A DNA stretch of 64,000 nt from an uncultured bacterium (GTDB taxonomy: Bacteria; Fidelibacterota; Marinisomatia; Marinisomatales; JAHJCW01): the NCBI GenBank assembly GCA_964634215.1, contig CAZWKR010000009.1, positions 10,764 to 74,763 of the forward strand, written 5' to 3'. The first letter of the stretch is position 1; each line of letters begins with the position of its first letter. The notes under the pieces are model-generated. The model had not been told where the DNA came from. It was given only the letters and a program-made list of their open reading frames with translations, and did not search any database. Shown one piece after another: positions 57,440 through 64,000 of this stretch. The position numbers and the translations under genes are program-made.

Positions 57440-58516
57440 ATGCGACGAATCATATTATTGGTATTCACTTTCTCTCTTTTAATTAATGCACAGGATTGTA
57501 AATCCAAAGACAAACTAACTATACAACCCTATGGATATTTTAAATTAGATATGATCTACGATAGTAATCCTATGTCTATTGGTAATTTCGCACGTTGGGT
57601 TTTACCACAATCCACAGATGATGCTATTCCGACCACACATATCACCGCCAATGAATCAAGATTAGGATTCTCAGTCAATAAAGGTGACATTTCTGGTAAA
57701 ATTGAATTTGATTTTTTTGGCGTTGGGGGGGGGGAAAACAAACCCGGCTTAATGGTTCGTAAAGCTTATGTTCAAGCGAAACTTAAGAATTTTACAATCC
57801 GCGCTGGCCAGGATTCCGACGTTATTTCACCTTTAGTACCTTCAACGATAAATTATACTGTAGCTTGGTGGGCAGGAGACATCGGATACCGACGACCAAT
57901 GGTTAAATTATTTAATACAGATAATGGGTTTACATGGACTGCTGCAATTGCACGAAATATCGGAGGTGATATAAATGGCGATGGACTTGATGATGGTACT
58001 GTAGCTGTAATTCCCGAATTCCAAGGACGACTTGCATATAAATTCTTCAAAAAACATACTGTTGGTATTTCAGGTCATTATGCACAAAGAGACACTCTTG
58101 GAACTGATGGAAAATATAATGCATGGTCTGCTAATATTGACCTAAGTGCAAAAATTAATCAATATCTGACTCTGAATAGTAGTTTTTATACCGGATTAAA
58201 TACGGCTTCTATGCTCGGGGGAATCGGGAATGCAAGTACAATGGACGGTATTGGTTCACAGGGTGGATGGCTCAATATAAAATTTAATCCGAATAATTAT
58301 TCAATTTCTACTGGGATTGTAATGGATGATCCCTGCGATTGTGATTTAAATGATGGTGCAAGAAGTAAGAATACTACAATTTTTACTAATATCTATTACG
58401 ATATCCTTCAAGGGTTTTTAGTTGGATTTGAAATATCATATTGGGCAACAGAATATAAAAATATAGATACTGCAACCGCCCTACGAGGTCAAGTTGCATT
58501 CCGTTATAATTTTTAA
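57440..58516 (+). CDS. Porin-like outer-membrane beta-barrel protein
   Basis: Signal peptide MRRIILLVFTFSLLINAQ. Alternating strand pattern. The C-terminus ...VAFRYNF ends in Phe. It lies 62 nt upstream of the hydrogenase small-subunit gene. Confidence 0.6.
   Translation: MRRIILLVFTFSLLINAQDCKSKDKLTIQPYGYFKLDMIYDSNPMSIGNFARWVLPQSTDDAIPTTHITANESRLGFSVNKGDISGKIEFDFFGVGGGENKPGLMVRKAYVQAKLKNFTIRAGQDSDVISPLVPSTINYTVAWWAGDIGYRRPMVKLFNTDNGFTWTAAIARNIGGDINGDGLDDGTVAVIPEFQGRLAYKFFKKHTVGISGHYAQRDTLGTDGKYNAWSANIDLSAKINQYLTLNSSFYTGLNTASMLGGIGNASTMDGIGSQGGWLNIKFNPNNYSISTGIVMDDPCDCDLNDGARSKNTTIFTNIYYDILQGFLVGFEISYWATEYKNIDTATALRGQVAFRYNF
57725..57734 (+). repeat. Homopolymeric G10 tract inside the porin ORF
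   Basis: Read directly: cgtt GGGGGGGGGG aaaaca, encoding FGVGGGE. This is the only G/C run longer than 6 that I saw in the window. Confidence 0.9.
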
Positions 58517-58578
58517 ATTGATGAAAACAATACAAAACTTAAACAATAGTATTCCTGAATTAATCAAGGAGGAACAAC

Positions 58579-59727
58579 ATGTCTAAACAGCAGATTAAAC
58601 AAGCTTTTGCTGAAAATATAGCACAGAACTTTGATGCTTACGGATTTTCCCGTCGTGATTTCATTAAATTCTGTACGGCAATCACTGCTACAATGGGTTT
58701 ACCATTCAGCATGTCTAAATTGATTGCAAAAACAATTGAAGACCCCGCACGACCACCGGTTATTTGGTTGCATTTTCAAGAATGCACAGGATGTACAGAA
58801 TCACTTTTACGAGCAACACATCCAAAAGTTGAAACTCTTGTATTAGATCTAATTTCCTTGGATTACTCAGAAACACTATGCGCTGCTGCCGGACATCAGG
58901 TTGAGAAATCATTGCATGATTCCATGGAGAAAAATAAGGGTAAATATATATTGGTGGTTGAAGGTTCAATACCAATGAAAGATGATGGAATTTATTGTAA
59001 GGTAGCTGGTAAAACAGCTTTACAGTCCGTAAAGGAAGTCGGTGAACATTGCGCAGCCGCAATTGCGATTGGTTCATGCGCGTCATGGGGCGGAGTACAA
59101 TCAAGCGGACCAAACCCAACAGGTGCTACACCACTCCATAAAGTTCTCGAAGGTAAACCTATTATTAATATACCTGGCTGTCCACCTAATCCATACAATT
59201 TCCTTTCGACAGTTTTGTATTACTTGACTTTAGGAAAACTACCGGAGCTTGATTCTAAAGGTAGGCCAAAATTTGCTTACGGCAGATTAATCCATGAAAA
59301 TTGCGAACGGCGTCCGCATTTTGATGCTGGTAGATTCGCAGACCAGTTTGGCGATGATGGTCATCGTGAAGGATGGTGTTTATACAAACTCGGCTGCAAA
59401 GGACCAGAGACATATGCAAATTGCCCATCTATCTTATTCGGTGATGTTGGCTCAGGTTCTTGGCCTGTTGGCACTGGACATCCATGTTTTGGTTGTTCTG
59501 AAGAAGGTGTGGGTTATACCAAACCGATACATGAACAAGCTGAAGTAAAGACATTTACACCGGGAGCAATTTATCCCGATATACATTCTGAGAAAAAAGG
59601 CGGTGTGAATGTAACAGGAGCGGCAGTTACTGCCGGAGCAGCAGTGGTTGGAGCAAAGCTGGTATCCGACGTATCAAAAAAATTGGGTGAGCACGACCAA
59701 AAAGAATCTTCAACTACTAAATCATAG
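58579..59727 (+). CDS. hybO: [NiFe] hydrogenase small subunit (Tat-exported, C-terminal membrane anchor)
   Basis: Twin-arginine signal SRRDFIKF. FeS ligand motifs are present: ECTGCTES, GSCASWGG, PGCPPNP, CERRPHF, C.YKLGCKGP, GHPCFGCSE. Hydrophobic C-terminal tail. AAGGAGG RBS. Confidence 0.9.
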   Translation: MSKQQIKQAFAENIAQNFDAYGFSRRDFIKFCTAITATMGLPFSMSKLIAKTIEDPARPPVIWLHFQECTGCTESLLRATHPKVETLVLDLISLDYSETLCAAAGHQVEKSLHDSMEKNKGKYILVVEGSIPMKDDGIYCKVAGKTALQSVKEVGEHCAAAIAIGSCASWGGVQSSGPNPTGATPLHKVLEGKPIINIPGCPPNPYNFLSTVLYYLTLGKLPELDSKGRPKFAYGRLIHENCERRPHFDAGRFADQFGDDGHREGWCLYKLGCKGPETYANCPSILFGDVGSGSWPVGTGHPCFGCSEEGVGYTKPIHEQAEVKTFTPGAIYPDIHSEKKGGVNVTGAAVTAGAAVVGAKLVSDVSKKLGEHDQKESSTTKS

Positions 59728-59736
59728 GAGGAAGTT

Positions 59737-60726
59737 ATGAGTATTGGTAGAAGAGATTTCTTTAAGGTGATTTCGGCCGGTGCTGTTACTGCAGCTACAG
59801 CCGGTTCGGTATTTGCCCGCGAAAAAAAGACACTAGCGCCTGATGCTGTCGGCATTCTTTACGACGCTACACTTTGTATTGGTTGTAAAAATTGTGAACG
59901 TGGCTGTAAAGAATATAATGATATGCCGATTGAACAAACGGATAGAGTTGATGATTTGAATGTACCCAAAATATGGGACAATTCAGATGATCTTACAGCA
60001 AAAACACTGAACAAGATCAAATTATATCGCAATGGTAATGCTTCAATCAAAGATCGTGAAGCAGATGGATATTCATTTGTGAAACGCGCCTGTATGCATT
60101 GCGTAGATCCGGATTGTGTATCGGCTTGCCCGGTGACCGCATTAAGCAAAGATGAGGTAACAGGAATTGTTACCTATGATGAAAAAGCATGTATCGGTTG
60201 CCGATATTGTCAGGTAGCATGTCCGTTCAATGTTCCCAAGTTTGAATGGGACGAAGCATTTCCGAAAATTGTAAAATGTCAAATGTGCGAACATAAACAA
60301 GAGGAAGGCGGAATTCCCGGATGCTGTTATTATTGTCCGACCGGCGCTTCAATGTTTGGTAAAGTAGAAGATTTGTTGGATGAAGCACATCGGCGAATTC
60401 AATTAGCTGAAGGTACATACTACGATTTTCCAATCCGTAGTATGGATTCGGATCAAAAATCCACTTTAAAAGCAAAAAAGTATGTTAATTATGTTTATGG
60501 AGAAAAGGAAACCGGCGGTACACAATATATGGTTTTAAGCGCTGTTCCATTCCATAAATTGGGATTACCAACATTACCGGAAAGTTCATCATCCTCAAAA
60601 TCCGAAACAATACAACATACAATATATAAAGGATTGATCGCACCCGGAGCATTATTAGCAGGACTACTCGTTGCAGCATATCATGGTACCAAATCACATA
60701 ATGAAAGCGAAGAAGGGAGGTCATAA
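59737..60726 (+). CDS. hybA: HybA-like 4Fe-4S ferredoxin-type electron-transfer subunit (Tat signal, C-terminal TM)
   Basis: GRRDFFKV Tat motif. Four CxxCxxCxxxC-type clusters (CIGCKNCERGC, CMHCVDPDCVSAC, CIGCRYCQVAC, CQMC...C.YC). TM helix near the C-terminus. Confidence 0.85.
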   Translation: MSIGRRDFFKVISAGAVTAATAGSVFAREKKTLAPDAVGILYDATLCIGCKNCERGCKEYNDMPIEQTDRVDDLNVPKIWDNSDDLTAKTLNKIKLYRNGNASIKDREADGYSFVKRACMHCVDPDCVSACPVTALSKDEVTGIVTYDEKACIGCRYCQVACPFNVPKFEWDEAFPKIVKCQMCEHKQEEGGIPGCCYYCPTGASMFGKVEDLLDEAHRRIQLAEGTYYDFPIRSMDSDQKSTLKAKKYVNYVYGEKETGGTQYMVLSAVPFHKLGLPTLPESSSSSKSETIQHTIYKGLIAPGALLAGLLVAAYHGTKSHNESEEGRS

Positions 60727-61874
60727 TGAGTGAAAACAAAGCACTTGGTGGTAAGATAATCACCAAACCATTCATCATTTTGGCTGCGATTGCAGGTATT
60801 GCCGGAATTCTATTAATCAAACGTTTCATATTCGGTTTAGGAGCGGTAACGAATCTTTCTGATGGATATCCATGGGGAATGTGGATCGTGTATGATGTCT
60901 TGGTTGGAACCGCAATTGGCTGTGGCGGTTATGTGATGGCAATTTTAGTTTACATATTTAATAAGGGTCAATATCATCCAATGGTACGTCCGGCACTATT
61001 AACAAGTGTATTCGGATATACGATGGCGGGAGTCTCAATTTTTATTGATGTGGGACGATATTGGCAATTATATAATGTTTTCTTACCATGGCATACCAAT
61101 CTTAATTCAATAATGTTTGAGGTAGCATTCTGTGTTGCAACTTACGTATTGGTTTTATGGATAGAGTTTTCTCCTGCATTTCTTGAGAAATTCAATAAGA
61201 CCAAAATGCTCGCATTTATGAATAAAACTCTATTCATATTTATTGCAATTGGAGTGTTGCTGCCAACAATGCATCAATCGTCATTAGGTTCATTAATGAT
61301 AATTGCCGGGAATAAACTATCAGCTCTATGGCAAACGGGTTGGCTACCGGTTCTTTTCTTAATATCATCAATTACCATGGGTTATGCAGTTGTGGTTTTT
61401 GAATCGCTATATTCGTCATCAGGGTTTAAACGACCATTTGAAACGCCGCTATTAGGAAAAATTGGAAAATTACTGGCATGGCTGTTAGTGGTCTACTTGG
61501 TAATACGATTCGGCGATTTAGTGTGGCGTGGAAAATTGGGACTCATATTTACTGATGGATGGGTAAATAGTATAATGTTCATAATTGAAAATGCCCTATT
61601 TATAGTTCCAATGATATTGCTTTTTTCAGAGAAACACAGACGCAGTACCAAATCGCTATTTTTAGCGGCAGTGCTATTATTATTAGCCGGAGCTGTATAT
61701 CGCTTTAATGCTTTCCTAGTCGGATTCGATCCAGGTATGGGCTGGCATTATTGGCCATCGGCTAGCGAGTTGCTTATTACAATCGGCATTATAGCCATGG
61801 AAATTATGGCCTACTTGGCGTTTGTAAAATGGCTGCCCGTTTTACCTAATATTAAACATTCAACATCATCATAG
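60726..61874 (+). CDS. hybB: HybB/NrfD-like integral membrane quinone-interacting subunit
   Basis: 382 aa, polytopic (about 10 TM). Its position between the hybA-like gene and the large subunit matches the E. coli hyb order. TAATG overlap with the upstream gene. Confidence 0.75.
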   Translation: MSENKALGGKIITKPFIILAAIAGIAGILLIKRFIFGLGAVTNLSDGYPWGMWIVYDVLVGTAIGCGGYVMAILVYIFNKGQYHPMVRPALLTSVFGYTMAGVSIFIDVGRYWQLYNVFLPWHTNLNSIMFEVAFCVATYVLVLWIEFSPAFLEKFNKTKMLAFMNKTLFIFIAIGVLLPTMHQSSLGSLMIIAGNKLSALWQTGWLPVLFLISSITMGYAVVVFESLYSSSGFKRPFETPLLGKIGKLLAWLLVVYLVIRFGDLVWRGKLGLIFTDGWVNSIMFIIENALFIVPMILLFSEKHRRSTKSLFLAAVLLLLAGAVYRFNAFLVGFDPGMGWHYWPSASELLITIGIIAMEIMAYLAFVKWLPVLPNIKHSTSS

Positions 61875-61885
61875 GGAGTTTAGCA

Positions 61886-63601
61886 ATGGCAAAAAGAATT
61901 ACAGTAGATCCAATCACAAGAATAGAAGGACATTTACGCATAGACTGCGATATTAGTGGTGGTAAAGTTTCCAATGCTTGGTCATCAGGACAGATGTTCC
62001 GAGGTATTGAGGAAATATTATTAGGACGCGATCCGCGTGATGCATGGATATTTACACAAAGATTCTGCGGAGTCTGTACAACCGTTCATGCAATAGCATC
62101 GGTTCGTACAGTAGAGAATGCTCTCGAAATGGAAATTCCGGTGAATGCACAATTTATCCGAAACATGATTATCGCGGCACATGGTATTCACGATCATATT
62201 GTGCATTTCTATCATCTATCTGCACTTGACTGGGTAGATATAGTATCGGCATTATCCGCTGATCCAAAAGCAACATCTAAACTGGCGCAAAGTCTATCAC
62301 CCTGGCCCAATAATGGCGCGATAGAATTCAAAGCGGTGCAGGATAAACTAAAGAAATTCGTTTCATCCGGACAATTAGGGATATTTGCGAATGGCTATTG
62401 GGGGCATCCGGCAATGAAGTTACCACCGGAAGCTAATTTAATGGCAGCCGCGCATTATTTAGAAGCATTTGAATATCAACGGAAAGCAAATAAAATTGTT
62501 GCAATCCTTGGTAGTAAAACACCGCATATCCAAAATTTAGCGGTTGGTGGTGTTTCAAATCCAATTAACCCTGATAGTCAATCAGCACTAAATATGGAAC
62601 GGCTGTTCTATGTCAAAACATTGATGGATGAATTACAAGACTTTATCCGCAATGTATATCTCGTTGACTTAGCAGCAGTTGGTGCTTTGTATGCGGGTTG
62701 GTTGCCATATGGCAAAGGTGTTACCAATTATCTTAGTGTACCTGATTTCCCGATGGATACAAAAGGCACAAAATTTGGTACTCCGGGTGGATATATTTCG
62801 AACGGTGATATCGGTTCATTTAAAGCTGTCAACTCATTCCAGAATAAATTCTTCATGAATGGTGTAAAAGAAAGTGTTAAACACTCATGGTATGAAGGAG
62901 ACGAAACATTACATCCGTACAAAGGCGAAACTAAACCATATTATACTGATTTTAAAGAAAATGACAAATACTCCTGGGTAAAATCTCCGAGCTTCAATGA
63001 TGAACCGGCACAGGTAGGACCGCTGGCAAATGTACTTGGAATGTTTGCAGCCGGTCACAAGCCAACTCAGACATATGCAACTCTTGCTCTAGAAAAGATA
63101 AGTGCGATTGCCGGCACAACTGTTGGAATTGACGCGCTTCATTCAACTCTTGGACGTCATGCTGCTCGCTGTGTAAGAACCAATGTTCTAATTGATGTAT
63201 TGAAAGAAAACTATAATGCATTAATAAGTAATATTGCGACTGGTGATATGGAAACATTTAATCCACCGACCTTCCCGAAGGGTGAGCAGACCGGATTCGG
63301 TTTCCACGAAGCACCTCGAGGTGTATTATCACATTGGATTGTTATTAAAGATGGTAAAATTAAAAACTATCAAGCGGTAGTTCCTTCAACATGGAATGCC
63401 GGTCCACGTAACCAAGATGATAAATTGGGACCGTACGAAGCTTCGTTGGTTGGCAATCCAATCGCTGATGCGGAAAGACCATTAGAAATATTGCGTACAA
63501 TACATTCATTTGATCCATGTTTGGCATGTGCTATTCACGTTCACGATAATAAAAGGCAAGATACAATCCGTGTCAAAACATTATCTAGATTCCCAAGTTA
63601 G
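61886..63601 (+). CDS. hybC: [NiFe] hydrogenase large subunit
   Basis: N-terminal RIEGH and RFCGVCTTVH (L1/L2 motifs). C-terminal DPCLACAIH is followed by a 20-aa tail, the substrate of the maturation protease. Confidence 0.95.
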   Translation: MAKRITVDPITRIEGHLRIDCDISGGKVSNAWSSGQMFRGIEEILLGRDPRDAWIFTQRFCGVCTTVHAIASVRTVENALEMEIPVNAQFIRNMIIAAHGIHDHIVHFYHLSALDWVDIVSALSADPKATSKLAQSLSPWPNNGAIEFKAVQDKLKKFVSSGQLGIFANGYWGHPAMKLPPEANLMAAAHYLEAFEYQRKANKIVAILGSKTPHIQNLAVGGVSNPINPDSQSALNMERLFYVKTLMDELQDFIRNVYLVDLAAVGALYAGWLPYGKGVTNYLSVPDFPMDTKGTKFGTPGGYISNGDIGSFKAVNSFQNKFFMNGVKESVKHSWYEGDETLHPYKGETKPYYTDFKENDKYSWVKSPSFNDEPAQVGPLANVLGMFAAGHKPTQTYATLALEKISAIAGTTVGIDALHSTLGRHAARCVRTNVLIDVLKENYNALISNIATGDMETFNPPTFPKGEQTGFGFHEAPRGVLSHWIVIKDGKIKNYQAVVPSTWNAGPRNQDDKLGPYEASLVGNPIADAERPLEILRTIHSFDPCLACAIHVHDNKRQDTIRVKTLSRFPS

Positions 63602-64000
63602 CCCGGCAGATGTAACAGTACTCGGGATTGGCAATTTATTGATGGGGGATGAAGGTGTTGGTATTCATTTAATACGAACATTAGAAGAATCTTACACCTT
63701 CTCCCCTTTCATTAATTTAATTGATGGTGGTACAACAGGGTTGGATCTTATTCCCTATTTCGAAGAGTGCAAGAAAATGATAATTGTTGACGCAGTTGAC
63801 TCTCAGGAAAAACCTGGATATATTGAAACACTTTATAATGAAGAAATTCATTATAAATTTAACACAAAACTATCTTTACATCATGCCGGTCTATCCGATG
63901 TTTTGAGTGTAATAAAACTGCAAGGGATTGCATCACCTGATATGATGCTGTTAGGGATTCAACCGCTAAAAGTGGAAATGGGTCTAGAACTAAGTGATGT
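63570..64000 (+). CDS. hybD: Hydrogenase maturation endopeptidase (HybD/HyaD family), partial, 3' end outside window
   Basis: My own translation (not in the ORF track because it runs off the window): ...VTVLGIGNLLMGDEGVGIHLIRTLEE...LIDGGTTGLDL...MIIVDAV...SLHHAGLSDVL. There is no in-frame ATG upstream of GIGN. GTG 63570 is the nearest canonical start (alternatives are GTG 63528 and TTG 63510), so the start is uncertain. Confidence 0.8.
   Translation, partial: MSKHYLDSQVSPADVTVLGIGNLLMGDEGVGIHLIRTLEESYTFSPFINLIDGGTTGLDLIPYFEECKKMIIVDAVDSQEKPGYIETLYNEEIHYKFNTKLSLHHAGLSDVLSVIKLQGIASPDMMLLGIQPLKVEMGLELSD

Noticed and set aside
63512-63538. Selenocysteine-containing ([NiFeSe]) large subunit.
   Set aside because: The C-terminal motif is encoded as gat cca tgt ttg gca tgt gct att cac (DPCLACAIH), with ordinary Cys codons and no in-frame TGA.
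1-64000. CRISPR arrays, tandem repeats, IS elements, rRNA, toxin-antitoxin or known phage-defence gene sets.
   Set aside because: None was seen on reading both strands. Intergenic regions are short (mostly under 140 nt) and every ORF over 100 aa is accounted for. A visual scan cannot exclude short dispersed repeats, so a self-dot-plot would be needed.

Overview
This is an AT-rich, densely coding chromosomal segment of a diderm bacterium (about one-third G+C by eye, not computed). An S8 peptidase with a T9SS-type C-terminal sorting domain, a PPi-dependent phosphofructokinase and many lipoprotein/OMP signal peptides suggest the FCB superphylum or a neighbouring candidate phylum. Taxonomy cannot be fixed from this window. 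I can support about 66 protein-coding genes, two tRNAs (Val-TAC, Glu-TTC) and six hairpin terminators. I saw no rRNA, CRISPR array, transposase, integrase or prophage genes.

Main blocks:
- 0.7-9.2 kb: two paralogous MMPL/RND exporter plus LolA-like carrier modules, with a TetR regulator, a cupin and an outer-membrane barrel.
- 9.3-12.8 kb: a thiN-centred operon.
- 14.3-20.8 kb: a PPi-type glycolysis cluster, including a tandem GAPDH paralog that has lost its catalytic Cys.
- 20.9-35.1 kb: housekeeping genes (typA, lon, lipAB, folE-yhhQ-queD, nth, maeB).
- 35.3-44.3 kb: a very AT-rich teichoic-acid-like / phospho-alcohol surface-polymer locus. It has two TagF-like genes, LicD, two cytidylyltransferase-like genes, a CDP-alcohol transferase, an Fe-ADH, a sulfotransferase and an MsbA-type exporter. 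This is my best candidate for an undescribed system.
- 56.5-64.0 kb: a Crp-family regulator, a porin carrying a G10 tract, and a Hyb-type (hybOABCD order) periplasmic [NiFe] hydrogenase operon that runs off the window.

All family calls come from motif recognition by eye. No database search was run.
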